A stretch of 64,000 nucleotides of DNA from Azolla caroliniana (lineage: Eukaryota; Plantae; Polypodiophyta), in NCBI GenBank assembly GCA_043228905.1, contig JBHGNT010000017.1, positions 12,648,001-12,712,000 on the forward strand, read 5' to 3'. A program made the translations under genes and the position numbers. The notes beneath the pieces were generated by a model. The model searched no databases and was not told the DNA's origin. It saw only the letters and a program-made list of their open reading frames with translations. The first letter of the stretch is position 1, and every line of letters starts with the position of its first letter. This document shows, piece after piece, positions 13,601 to 27,145 of this stretch.

Positions 13601-15547
13601 CGTGGAGCTCCTTGAAGATAGACAACAACTGATCCTTCATCTTCAACAGTGAGACCCACAGCTTTTGGTTGTTGTCTTCTATGAACGTCACGAAGTACTA
13701 CGATCCGGCATGTCACTTCGTGTCCACTTGACTCACATCAGTATGCACCAGCTCCAGTGATGCATCCTGTCTCATCGGTGGCCTTGACTGAAAAGAGGTT
13801 CGGTTTTTCTTGTTGGCGAAGCAATCAGTGCACTTATCAAGATGCACATCTTTCACCTCCGGAATGAGGTTATCTTCGGCAAGTCTTCTCACCCCCTTCT
13901 GGCTCATATGGCATAGTCCCTTGTGCCACATCTCACCGGCAGTGTCGGATGCTACATTCACCTTTTCCCAGCATATCCGGGCGTGCATCAGATACAACAT
14001 GTTGATCTTCTAGGCTCATGCCACAATTAGGATTCCTTTGCTGAATTTCATGACTCCGTTCCAGATGCTACCTGTGTAGCCTTCGTCATCTAGCCGATCG
14101 GCTGATATTAGGTTCTACCGAACCTCCAGGATGTGTCAGATATCCTTCAGCAGCAACTTGCACCCGATTGATGTTTTCAACCACACATCTCCTATGTTGA
14201 TGATTCAGTAGGTCACTTCATTCCCAATCCGGACACAACCGTGATCTCCGGTTGTGTAGGATGAGAAACATCTCCGATCCGGCATCAGGTGGAACGATGC
14301 TCTGGAATTGACAACCCACGTTGTCTCATCGCCAACAAGGTTTAACTCATTCTCCTAGGTGATGAGCACCAGTTCTTCTTCACTTGTCGCGATCCCCGAC
14401 GTTCCTTTCTGATCCAAACCTCTCTGGTCCGAACTCTTCTTCGAATCAGTGTTGTCGGTCCCTTTCTCTTTTCGGAAGTGCCGACAGTTCTTCTGGAAGT
14501 GTCTTGGCTTCCCACAATAGAAGCAAGTAGGCCTCCCCCTTAACTTTGAACTTGTCCCCGACTTTGCCCGGTTCTTGGGACTCCGGTACTGATTTCTCCT
14601 TCATTGTGTGTCATATTCGAAAATCAAGGCTTTTGGGTCGGAGATCACTTCCTTGTTTTTTCGACGTGCCTCTTCATCTAACAAGCTCGACTTCACTCTT
14701 GTTAGGGATAGCTACTTTATTTCCGGCTCGACGTTACTCAAAGTGACAACTAGCGTCTCCCAGCTATCCGGGAGGCAACCGGACAATAGCAATGCAAGTA
14801 CCTCATCGGTCGGAGGTATTTCCAAAGAGCTGGCTTGATTTATGAGCCCTTGCAAGTCATTCATGTGCTACGCCATACTGGAGCCGTCTTGATATCGGAG
14901 TCTCACCAGCTCCTGGAAAACCGAGACTCGATTTACAACATTCTTGTTTTGGAACATGATGCGTACCTTCTCCCAGAGTTCATGAGCCTTGATTTCTTCG
15001 TTGAAGTTGTTGTACAGGCTCAAGTCAATGAAGCATCTAATGGATGTCCTTATTGTCATGTGCATCACCTCCCATGTTGTGGTATCGATCTTGTCTGGTT
15101 TCTTGTCCCCGAACTTTATCAGCAACCAGAGACCGTTGCCCAGGAGCATGTCCGTCATCTTCGACTTCCACACTAGGTAGTTGGAGCCGGTGAGCTTGAA
15201 CATGCCTCCGAATGACTCTTCCATTTTCTTGTTCGCTCTGATACCAGTTTGTGAGGAATAGCCCTCAGCCACAACCGAGACTCAAACACTTTATGAATGA
15301 ACGAAAACAAAAATCGAGGTTCGTACACTTACATCGAATAGACGACATAGGATGTTTACGTGGAAAACCTTAATAGGGAAAAAAACACGCGAGCCCAGAA
15401 TCTCCAACTATCACTATATGAGGAAGGAGGTACAACAGGAAACTCAGAAGCAACGGCCTCGAGCTCTATGTCTTCGCCAACCGGCGGTTACAACAAAAAC
15501 TAATTCTGTATCTCACACACACTCTCTTTCTCACGTTCTGTGTACAA
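10690..15547 (-). mobile_element. Old degenerate Tnt1-like copia (family A relative): 3' LTR 10690-11170, gag-pol pseudogene, truncated 5' LTR 15250-15547
   Basis: Both LTRs begin TGTGAGGAATA on plus. iMet PBS complement GCTCTGATACCA at 15235-15246. PPT complement follows 11170. ORF pieces 14868..15272, 13158..13691, 12074..12502 and 11318..11851 are colinear with the intact polyprotein. Confidence 0.93.
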
Positions 15548-18500
15548 ATAGAGAACTGAACACGGAAAATACGCAGGTTTAATGGAGAGCTTGAATATAC
15601 ACAGTACGCGGGAGAGACAGAGAGAGAGAGAGCACACTGAAACTCGATTCAAAATAATACTCAATTTGTACATACACCATGCTCAGTGAGCACCTTTTAT
15701 ACAAGCCTTGACTATAGGGTTGAGACAAGTACTGACAGTACTTGACCGCTCATAAATGAGCCTACTACACTAACTCCCAAAATTATTCCTTACGAGTAAT
15801 ATCTTCCCAATGGCCTCGTTATGCACCAGTTTAATCGGTTAGGCCGGATCCGCCCTCAACTTTTTCAGCCAATCCGAAATCGAAATCGTCATCCGACTCG
15901 GCTTGGTCTTTTCCGCTCCTTTCCTGCTCCCTTCCGTGGTCATCATGGACATCTCTCCCTCTCAAGTTCGGCACGTCAAGGTGACGCAACCCAAGCGCAC
16001 TCGAGAATTACCGCAACTTGTCCAGACCAAGAGGGTGTTCGGAGACAGGTCCCTCCGGATGGGAAGCGAAACCGGAAGAGGAGTACCTGGCTATGGAGAG
16101 CCGGATGGTGCAGGCCCGGTATGAACCGGATGAGGAGTACCCGGCTACGGAGAGCCGGATGGTGCAGGCCCGGTGAGAACTGGATGAGGAGCACCCGGCT
16201 ACGGAGAGCCGGATGACGCAGACCTGGGGAGAACTGGAGGAAGAGACATATTCGTAAATATGTTTCTGAGAGCCCATCGAGGCTATATTTGTAAATAGCC
16301 GAAAAGTCATATTAGTATATATATGACTTAGGGCAAACTTTTAGGGAGTTGTTGTCATTCTTCTTGTTGGTGCAAGAAAAGAGAGAGAGTGCGTAACTGT
16401 ACAGAGAGTGAGAGAGAGAAAGAGGTCTCTGCCTTTGTTGTAACCGCCGCCTGTGGCGAAGGTCTGTGAGCACGAGGTTGTTGCCTCAGTGAACTCACTA
16501 CTGTACATACTAACTAACCTAGTGATAGTTTGCAGCCTGTGGGCTGCTGTGGTTTTTCCCCTAGTTTGGGGTTTTCCACGAAAACCTCCTGTGTATCTTC
16601 CTCTTCTTTGTGTGGTGTTTCATTTCCCGTTTTCTGTGTATGATCCTAAGCTCGGTTGTGGCCGAGCGTTGCGTATAGCGGAGCGTTTTAGTTCCCGTCA
16701 GAGGGTTGGTGAAGATGTCGGCGTTTTGCCGATCCGTCGGAACATACAAAAGTTCGACTTCATCGGAGAGGACACGCTCACGAACGAAATGGTAGTGCAC
16801 CTCAATGTGCTTAGTCCAGGCATGGAAGACGGGGTTCTTTGCTAGATGGATGTTGTTGAGGTTGTCGCAGTAGATTATCGTTGGATCGGATACCTCCACC
16901 TGCAGATCCTTAAGTAGCGGCTTCAACCATATGGCTTTGCATGTCGCAACAACCGCTCCTCTATACTCGGCTTCGGTGCTCGACAGTGCAACTATCGGCT
17001 ACTTCTTGCTACTCCACGTGATCGCGGCACTCCCAAGAGAGAACGCGAACCCGGACGTGGATTGGCGATCGACGGCATTGCTGGCCCATTCAACATCAGT
17101 GTAACCGACCAACTATGCGGCAGTATCGGTCCGATATAGTAGCCCCGGTCCTTAGTGCCACTGACGTACCGGAGTACGCGTTGTGTGCACTGAAGGTGCT
17201 CCTCGGTCGGTCGCGCCATGAACTGACTAATCACCCCGATCGGGTAGCTGAGATCTGGTCGGGTGATGGTCAAGTATATAAGGCTTTTGACTATCTGTCG
17301 GAACTTCGTCGGGTCGCATACCTTTCCGGAACCGGGGCGAAGCTTGACGGTTCTATCCAAAGGAGTCGAGAAGGACTTACAGTCGCCCATCCCGAATTTG
17401 AAGAGTATACTCAGCACGTAATGTCGTTGGCTGATCAATATGCCTTCGAGGGTGCGGATCACTTCGATCCCGAGGAAGTAATGAAGGTCCCCTAGATCCT
17501 TCATGTGAAATGATGCCGCAAGCTGGAGCTTCACGCGATCAATCTCACCTAGGTCGGTGTCAGTGATGACCAAGTCATCAACATACAGTAAAATGCTAAC
17601 CGGCTCGAGTCGACCTTTCCAGATGAGCAGTGAGGACTCCGATTTTGACGTTGGAAAGCCCATCAGACGCAATCGTTGCATGATCTTCGCGTTCCAGGCA
17701 CGCAGGGCTTGCTTTAGTCCATAAAGGGACTTCTTCAATCGGCACACCGCCGAAGTGTTCGTTCCGGAGTGAAATCCAGGGGGCTGTACCATGTACACTT
17801 GTTCCTCAAGCTCACCTTGAAGGAACGCATTCCTTACATCCATCTAATGTAAGTGCCACCCCTTTGCCGGAGCAACCGGGAGCAAAACACGGACGGTCGT
17901 CATCTTCGCGACCAGCGCAAACGTCTCATCGTAGTTGATGCCATGTTTCTGCGCGTAGCCTTTCGCTACTAACTGGGCCTTGTATCCGTTGACCGAGCCA
18001 TCAATGTTCTACTTGACCTTGTACACCCACCTACATCCGATAGACTTCACACCTTTTGGTGTGTTAACCAGGTCCCAGGTTTCAATCTCCGCCAATGCGC
18101 GTATCTCTTCCTCCATCGCGGGGAATGCACGACCGAGTCTCCATTACTCGCGCCGGCTCTTCATCGGACTGGTCGAACTGACTGAGTTGTCCATTCGGTC
18201 CACTTAACCGAAACAAAATCGGACTCTCTTCGCGGGTCCCGATTTCAGGCTCATCCGGAGGCATCTCGGCCTTACTGATCTCATCATCAGAACTCGGATT
18301 GGAGGTGAGGTCTGGAGTCGGAGGCAAGTACCAGGACGCAAACTCGTCAAACATAACGTCACGACTCACGTGCATTTGTTTGGTGCGAGGGTTATAACAC
18401 TTATAACCCTTCTGCTCGTCTGAGTAGCCGACCAAGATACACTTCTCGGCTTTCGCATCCAACTTCCTCTGTTTCTCCTTTGGCACATGGACATACGCAA

Positions 18501-20217
18501 TGCTACCGAAAACTCTAAGTGTCGTAGATTTGGCTTCCTTCCGAAATATTGCTCATGCACCGACACTTTGTCTCTGATACGATTCTGGATGTATACTGTA
18601 GTTCGTATCGCCTCGGCCCAATAGATTTTGGGCAAGCTCTTTTCCTCCAGCATTGCCCGTGCCGCTTCCACAATTGACTTGTTCTTCCTCTTGGCCATGC
18701 CATTTTGCTCGAGCGTGTATCTACAACTGAATTCGCGCCGAATTCCCATCTATTGCAGATAGCCGTTGAATTGACCGGAAAAGTACTATTTTCTACCATC
18801 CGACCGCAAGCACTTGATCTTCCTTCCTGTTTCCGTTTCCACGAACCCTTTGAGGTCCCGGAAACAGTTGAAGACTTCACTCTTCTTCTCGATGACATAG
18901 ATCCACGTGTGCCGCGTATAATCGTCGATGAAGGAGACAAAATATCGACTCCCGCCAAGACTAACATTCTGTGTCGGCCCCGCATACATTGGAACGTATC
19001 AAGTCGAGCTTGTTCCGGCTCCAGTTACGCTCGTTAGGGAAAGGAAGCCGGTGTTGCTTCCCGAGTTGGCATGCTTCACAAATTCGTGCCTTCCGGCCAC
19101 TAAATTTGGGCAATCCGAACACCACCTATTTCGATTGCAGGTCCTGAAGCCATTGACAATTGACGTGGCCTATCTGCTTCTGCCATAAGTCGATATCCGA
19201 CTCGACTTTTTGTCCTTTCGTGAACATTGCGGTGCCACCGTCAATAGAGTCGAGGATAAACATCCTCCCATCTTTGCGCCCTTGCGCAATGAATCGGCCT
19301 TCTTCTTCAATGAAGCACCCGAGATGCATGAACCGGACTTGCATCCCCTGGTCGACGATCTGCCCAACCGACACCAGATTCTTCATGATTGTGGGGACGT
19401 GTAACACGTTCATAAGTTTCCCTTTCTGCCCGACATGGCTTAAGGGAACTTCACCGACATTCGCGATCGGATGCAGAGTGTCGTCTTCGATTGTCACTAC
19501 TCTCGGTTGCATCGGTTTTTTGAGGTACGAGAACCACTCCTTGTGACACGTCATGTGGTTTGACACTCCGGAGTCGACGTACCACACCTCGTCCGACTTC
19601 GAGCTGATCTCCTTCATCGAGTTTGCTTTGTGTCTCGTCACGAAGACTAACCCTTTTCCGGCCTTTCCGGATCCTTCGGCGTAGTGCGATCGTTACCGAT
19701 TTCTTTTGTCGGTCTGTTTGGAACCTGATCCGGATCTGGTCTTCTCCAAATCGGCCCGCTTCTTCTAGCACTCGCTTATGTGCGGAAGCAATAGAGAACT
19801 AAACACGGAAAATACTCAGGTTTAATGGAGAGCTTGAATATACACAGTACGTGGGAGAGACAGAGAGAGAGAACACACAGAAACTCGATTCAAAATAATA
19901 CTCAATCTGTACATACACCGTGCTCAGTGACCACCTTTTATACAAGCCCTGACAATAGGGCTGACACAAGTACTGACAGTACTTGACCGCTCATAAATGA
20001 GCCTACTACACTAACTCCCAAAATTATTCCTTACGAGGAATATCTTCCCAACGGTCTCGCGGTTTACGCACCGCTACGGCTTCTCGTTACGCGCCAATTT
20101 GCATACCAGTTTACGCACCCGTTTTACGCACCGGTCCGGCCTAACCGATTGGCCCCAACTGATTTGGTTCTTAGCTTGCACAACCGATTCGGCCAATGTT
20201 GAGCTTGTATCTCAACA
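15548..20217 (-). mobile_element. Degenerate copia family B element with gag/PBS deleted; partial LTRs at about 15548-15860 and 19785-20217
   Basis: The two LTR segments share ATAGAGAACT..ACACGGAAAATAC..GGTTTAATGGAGAGC. Protease WYVDSGVSNHMT (19126..19641), INT, RT (16992..17843) and RNase H (16561..16926) are present. The zinc-knuckle tail HISEC is joined directly to the LTR. Confidence 0.88.
16036..16700 (+). mobile_element. Solo LTR of a family A copia (665 bp) inserted in family B RNase H
   Basis: TG...CA termini. 5-bp TSD GAGGG at 16031-16035 and 16701-16705. Family A motifs GGCTATATTTGTAAATAGCC and CTCGGTTGTGGCCGAG. Removing it restores DIFTNPLGLDKLR. Confidence 0.93.
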
Positions 20218-22759
20218 TAAGAGAGGTGTAGAACTCTCTAGAGAAGGAAAGAGTGAGAGGGAGAGGGAGAGAGAGAGAAGTGATGATAACAAAAAATATA
20301 TATTATGTGAAGAGAATATACAGTAGTATCTAGGAGGCTTAAGTCTAGCGTTGAACCGATTTGGTTCGAAATAATGCCTTGTGCCTCCTTATATAGTGTT
20401 TTCAGGCGTACTCTTGAAGTTTCTAGAATGTTCCAGAGAAATCTGGAATATACATCAATTTTCTATAATGAAATAATAAATGAAAATAATATTTTTCCTA
20501 TTACAATGTATAGTCTCATGGCAAGGGCTCGACCCATGTAAGATAAGGTCATGGGTTCGAATCTTACACTATCCCCCCTTTAAAACGACGAGTGTTACGA
20601 GTCATTTTGGATTGAGGACTTGGTTTTTCTAGATATCGACGATGGAAATCTTAAAGAAGAGCACGAGCATTGGTCACATTCTCTATTGGCTTGCTAGGAC
20701 TATATCCTAGCCAATCGACCAAATAGTAGAGCTTGTTGTGAACAATCTTGGAATCAAGGATGATGGCAACCTTGTAATCAGATCCATCTTCAAGTTCGAT
20801 TGGGGGTGGAGGTGGTTTGATACTACCTGGGATAGTGCTGTCCTGATAGGGTTCTAGAAAAGAACTACGAAATACCAGATGTATCCGTAGTTGCAGAGGT
20901 AGATCGAGACAAAAAGCGACATCATTAATTTTTCCGATAATACGGAAAGGAGCCAATCACCGATAATCCGATTTATCGCATGGGCGAGTAGTCTTGATGT
21001 GTCATCGTAATAGCCATACCCAATCTCCAATGTTAAAACAGGATGGAAGCCTTTCATCATCGCCTTGTTGTTGTGAAAGAATGGTACCCAATGCGAAATC
21101 CGACACTTCTGCCTCAATGATGAATGGTTTTGCCATATCAACATGAGCTAGAATAGGAGCTGATGTAAATGCCTTCTTAAGACTCTCAAAAGCCATGTCC
21201 GCTTCTTTACACCAAACAAATGACTACCCCTTCTTGGTAAGTTGTGTGAGAGGCAGAATACGCTTTGAGTAATTCTGTATAAACTTGTGGTAGAAATTGG
21301 CAAAGCCTAAAAAGCATTGCACATCTCGCAACGAACATGGAATTTGCCACTCTACCATAATTTTGACCTTAGCTGGATCCATAGAGATGCCTTCGGAGGA
21401 GATGACATAGCCCAGAAATTCCACTTGGTTGCACTCGAAGCTACATTTTTCTAGTTTTGCATAAAGACCATGTTCTCGAAGCCATTTTAGTACTAACAAT
21501 ACATGAGAATCATGCTCTTCTTGGGTCTTCGAATAAACCAGTAGATCATCCAAATAGATGATCAAAGAAACATCCAAGAGATCTCGAAATATATCATTTG
21601 CCATATGCTAGAAGACTGTTGATGCATTAGTGAGATTGGATGACATGATCATATACTCAAAGTGCCCATATCTGGTGTGAAATGTGGTCTTCCATTCATC
21701 TCCGGGTCGGATCCATACGAGGTTATATGCTGCTTGTAAGTCGATCTTTGTGAAGAACCTTGCACCATTGATCCGTTCTAAAAGACTTGAGATAAGGGGA
21801 AGTGCATACTTATTCCTGATGGTGACCTTATTCAAGCCGCGATAGTCTACGACAAGACGAAGTGATCCATCCTTTTTCTTAATGAAAAAAATGGGTGCGC
21901 CGGCTGAACATTTCGAATGTTGAATGAAATCGTTTGCCAAATTCTCCTCTATATAGGCTCGAAGAACTTCTAGCTCGGTTTGTGACAAATTGTAGATCGG
22001 TCCCCATGGGGGCTCTTTTCCTGGTTGTAAATTGATGGGGCAATCATACGGTTGGTGGTGAGGAAGCGTATTGGCTTGTACCTTATTGAACACATCGGCA
22101 TACTGGCGATACTTCTCTGGAAGTTGAACTATGGATTCCTCTTTAGTAGTGTTGGAAAGTTTTCCTGATATCGTGAAGACAAACATTTCTTCCTTGCGTC
22201 CTTCCTCATGCAATTGATGTAGCGAAATGGTTGCAATCTTATGAGTAGATCCTCGGATTTGTCGATACTGGATTTCTCTTGTGTCGAAATTCCGTGCTCG
22301 GCCACAACCGAGGAACTGGATCGATTCACAGAAAAACGGGAAATTCAACAATGCACGAAAACAATAGAGAGAAGGGTACACTGGATGTTTTACGTGGAAA
22401 ACCCTAAATGGGAAAAACCACGGGAGTGCAAGACTCCAACTATCACTATACGCGGGAATGTACAATGGCGAGCTGCAAGGCGACGACCTTGAGCTCACTG
22501 TCCTCGCCACAGGCGGCGGTATTACACAGAGGCGTCGACCTCTTCCTTCCTCTTTCTCTCTCACTCTCTCTCGGCTGCTCTCACTTCGCTCCCTCTTAGT
22601 GGAAAACAGAAAAATGAGCAACAACATAAACTGTATGCCCTAAGTCATATTTATACACATATGACTTTCGGGCTATTTACAAATATAGCCTCAAGGGCTC
22701 TTGGCAAACATATTCACAAATATGTCCCCGCATCCGGATCTCCCTCCGGGTACATTCGT

Positions 22760-23000
22760 CATCCGGCTCCGTAACCGGGGTCTTCAGCATCCGGCTCCGT
22801 AGCCGGGGTATTCATCATCCGGCTCCGTAGCCGGGGTCTTCATCATCCGGCACCGTAGCCGGGGTATTCATCATCCGGCTCCGTAGCCGGGGTATTCATC
22901 ATCCGGCTCCGTAGCCGGGGTCTTCATCATCCGGCACCGTAGCCGGGGTCTTCATCATCCGGCTCCGTAGCCGGGGTCTTCATCATCCGGCACCGTAACC
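22760..23000. repeat. 28-bp tandem repeat in U3 of the A1 3' LTR (8 units plus a partial unit)
   Basis: Unit CATCCGGCWCCGTAGCCGGGGTMTTCAT. The 5' LTR (about 27655-27867) has 7 units plus a partial, which accounts exactly for the 28-bp LTR length difference. Confidence 0.95.
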
Positions 23001-23072
23001 GCAACCGGGCTTGCCGTCATTCATCTCCGGACATCCCATCCGGAGGGACCGAAATCCCAACAAACTCCCCCT

Positions 23073-26000
23073 TCACTTCGGCATGGGATGTCTCTCCAAT
23101 CCGACCCTCTTCCGGCACGCTTCCAGCTTGTCGGGTGTGAGCACTTTGGTCATCATATCTGACCCGTTCTCTTCCGTGTGGATCTTCGTCAGCATGAACT
23201 CCTGGTCTTCTATCCTTTCCCGGATCCAGTGATATCTTCGCTGGATGTGCTTCGTCCGGGAGTGATAGGCCGCGTTCTTCGCAAGGTGGATGGCACTCTG
23301 ACTGTCGCAGTAGAGTCGGTACTCCTCTTGCCGGATACCGAGCTCTCTAATGAAGTCCTTCATCCATATTATTTCCTTGCCGGCTTCAACAGCCGCCATG
23401 TACTCCGCCTCCGTGGTTGACAACGCAACCGTCTTCTGCAGCCTCGACTGCCACGAAACAGCTCCCCCTGCATACGTCATCACATACCCTGATGTGGACC
23501 GGCTGGTATCTTCATCAGCCGACATATCCGAATCGGTAAAGCCGTCGAGTTCGGGCTTACCGGAGCCGAATCGGAGGCACACGTTTGCCGTGCCCTTCAG
23601 GTATCGGAGTATCCACTTGACCGCGTTCCAGTGGTCTTTGCCGGGATTGCTCATGTACCGGCTCACCACTCCGACTGCGTATCCTATGTCCGGTCTTGTA
23701 CACACCATTGCGTACATCAAGCTTCCGACGGCAGAGGCATATGGTACTTTCATCATGTCCTCCTTCTCAGCCTTTGTCTTGGGGCTCTGCTTGCTGGACA
23801 ACTTGCAGTTTGCCGGGAGGGTTGACCCGACCGGTCTTGCTTCCGACATGTTGAACCGGTGAAGCACCTTTGTCACGTACTTCTCCTGTGACAGCCACAA
23901 CTGCTTCTTCTTCCGGTCCCGGATGATGTGCATTCTTGTATTTGCCTCGCCGGACCCAGGTCCTTCATTGAGAAGGTTCGGTGAAGAGCCTTCTTCAGCA
24001 TCCGTATCTTGACCTGGTCCCGTCCGACGATCAACATGTCGTCCACGTATAGGAGGAGTATTAGAAAGTCTCCTCCTTCGAACTTCTTCACAAACACGCA
24101 GTGATCGGACTGCGTTTTGTGGTACCCTTCGTCGGTCATGAAGGAGTCGAACTTCCGGTACCATTGCCGGGGAGCCTGCTTCAGTCCGTAAAGGCTCTTC
24201 TTCAACCGGCATACCAGGTGCTCCTTCCCTTTCTTCTCGAATCCTTCCGGTTGCTGCATGTAGATCTCTTCTTCGAGGTCACCGTGAAGGAATGCCGTCT
24301 TCACGTCCATCTGTTCTACCTCGAGGTCCATGCTTGCCGCTATGCTCAGCACCGTCCGGATGGAGGTCATCTTCACTACCGGGGCAAATATCTCGTCGAA
24401 GTCGACGCCCTTCTTCTGCTGAAACCCCTTCACCACGATCCTGGCTTTGTATCTCGGGGGGTTTCCGGCATCTCCCGGTTTCAGCTTGAACACCCACTTG
24501 TTTCGAAGTGCCCGCTTTCCTTTCGGCAACTCCACAAGTTCATATGTGTGGTTCTCATGCAGGGAATCCATCTCGTCCTGCATGGCACTCAACCACCTGC
24601 GGCTCTGGGTGTCATGCTTTGCTTCTTCAAAGCTCTCCGGCTCCCCCTCGTCGGTTAGCAGCACGTGCTCTGGTTCCGGAAATCTCCGGGGGGCCCTTCT
24701 CTCTCTTAGAGGATATCTCCGTTCCGGAGCTTCGGTAACCGGTTCTTCCGATTCTTCTTCATCCGAATCCATTTCGGGATCGGGGCCGGTTCCGGTATCA
24801 TTTTCATCTTCTTCGGCCGGTTCTGTTTCTTCACCGTCTTCGGCCGGATCCTCGAGAGCTAACCGGTCCCTTGCCGGTCGGGACTGCTCCTCGTAGAGTT
24901 GATCCTCACCGGTCGACTTGGAGCTCTTCATCTTCTTCTCCGACTCCCAGTCGGCGAGTGTCTTGTTCTCCATGAAGATGATATCTCGACTCCTGAATAT
25001 CTTCTTGTCGACCGGGTCCCATACTCGGTAGCCGAACTCGTCGTCGCCGTAACCGAGGAATATGCATGGCCGGGTCTTTGGATCTAGCTTTCCTCTCCGG
25101 TCCTTTGCCACATGCACGTATGCGAGACACCCGAACACCTTCAGATGCCGGTAGGACACTTCCTTACCGGTCCACACTTTCTGCGGCGTGTCTCCGTCCA
25201 AAGGTACTGAGGGTGATCTATTTATCACATACGTCGCCGTCGACATTGCCTCAGCCCAAAACCCCTTGGGTAATTTCGCATGCGCCAGCATACTCCGGAC
25301 CCTCTCCATTATGGTCCGGTTCATCCTCTCGGCCAGCCCGTTCAGTTCCGGCGTCTTCGGCACAGTAAACTCGAGCCGGATCCCCTTCGAGCGACAGTAC
25401 TCCTGGAACTGCCCCCGGTATTCCCCTCCGTTATCCGCTCGTATCGCTTTCAGCTTCTTGCCGGATTCTCTTTCCACTCTCGCGTGGAGTTCTTTGAAGA
25501 CGGACAACACTTGGTCCTTTGTCTTCATCGGTGCCGTCCACAGTCTTCGGCTATGATCATCTATGAATGTTACGAAGTACTGGGCTCCGCCATGTGACTT
25601 CGTTTCTACCTGACACACATCGGTGTGCACCAACTCCAATGGTGCGCTACGTCTCGTCGGTGGCCTTGAGTGGAAGGAGGTTCGGTTCTGCTTACCGGCC
25701 AGGCAATCGGTGCACTTTTCCAGGTGCACATGCTTCACTGGGATAAGGTTGTCTTCTGCAAGCCTCTTCATCCCCTTCTCACTCATGTGGCACAGTCTTT
25801 TGTGCCACAGCTCACCGGCAGTGTCGGCTGCCACATTCAGCTCTTCCGGACATAGCCGGGAGTTCATCAGGTACAGTGTGTTGACCTTCCGGGCCCGAGC
25901 CACTATCAGGCTCCCCTTGCTGAACTTCATGACACCGTTCCGGATGCTACCCGTGTAGCCTTCATCATCTAGCCTCCCGGCCGAGATCAGGTTCAATCGG

Positions 26001-27145
26001 ACTTCCGGAACGTGTCGCACATCCTTCAGCAGCATCTTGCATCCGGTTGATGTCATCAGCCACACATCTCCTATGCCGGCAATCCGGCATGTGCCTTCAT
26101 TTCCCATCCGGACACAGCCATGCTCACCGGCTGTGTAGGATGAGAAGTATTTCTTCTCCGGGGTCAGGTGGAACGACGCTCCGGAATCGACCACCCAGGT
26201 CATCTCTACACCGGCAAGGTTCAGCTCCCTCTCTTCGGTAATGAGCATTATCTCTTCTTCACTTGCCGCGAGTGCCGTCGTTCCTTTCCGGTCCTGCCCT
26301 CGCCGATCCGGACCTCTCTGGTCCGTGGCTCCCCGGTATGCACCGTTTCTCTCCGGTGACTTCTTCGAATCGGTGTCGTCGGCTCCGTTGTCCTTTCGGT
26401 AATGCCGACAATTCTTCCGGAAGTGCCCCGGCTTCCCACAGTGGAAGCATGTGGGCCTTCCTCTTGACTGCGACCGGGTCCCCGACTTCTCCCGTCTTTG
26501 CGGACTCCGGTTCCATTGTCTTCCCCGATCCGATTCGGTAAGCAGCGCCTTCGAGTCGGAGGCCGGTTCTTTATCTCTCCGACGCGCTTCTTCGTTCAAA
26601 ATGCTTGTCTTTACCGTTTGTAGAGACAAGTTATCTTCGGTGCAGGAGGTGCTGAGAGTCACCACCAAGTTCTCCCAGCTTTCCGGCAATGTACACATCA
26701 GAATGATGGCTTGCATTGCATCCTCCAACGGGAACTTGATCGCCGCAAGCTGGTTCACGAATCCCATGAACGTGCTTACGTGTTCCACCATACTCTCGCC
26801 GTCCCGATACTTGAGGTTCACTATCTTTCTCATCAGGGAGGTTCGGTTCAACGCATTCTTCCTCTCGTAGAGGCCCGACAGCTTCCTCCACATCTCATAT
26901 GCGTTGGTGTCGTTCGCCACGTGTTGTAGAACGCTCACGTCGACGTATTGCCGAATGGTTGCAACGGCTTTCTTGTTCAGAAGCCTCCACTCCGTCTCAA
27001 GTACCCCCTTGGGTATTTCCGACCTGTCGATCGGTTCATACAGGTCCCGAACAATGAGCAGATCCTCCATCTTTATCTTCCAGTCGGCGTAGTTCTGCGC
27101 ATTCAGCACCATCATCCCCGGCTGCCCGCTGCTGCCGCCTTCCAT
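23073..27145 (-). pseudogene. Copia gag-pol polyprotein with a single 1-bp-deletion frameshift in RT at about 23935
   Basis: ATG at 27145. ORFs 23873..27202 and 23073..24212 together match the intact copy. TGCATTCTTGTATTTG here versus TGCATCCCTAGTATTTG in A2 (1 nt shorter). A consensus error cannot be excluded. Confidence 0.92.

Noticed and set aside
21608-22627. 339-aa ORF fusing LTR sequence to gypsy RT
   Set aside because: Chance in-frame join created by the A1 insertion; it stops before YLDD and the host pol is decayed.
22760-23000. Regular 28-bp repeats resembling a CRISPR array
   Set aside because: Units are contiguous with no unique spacers, lie inside LTRs, and no cas genes are present.
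23873-24212. Programmed frameshift in A1 pol
   Set aside because: Sister copy A2 is continuous here; the difference is a 1-bp deletion, either mutation or sequencing error.
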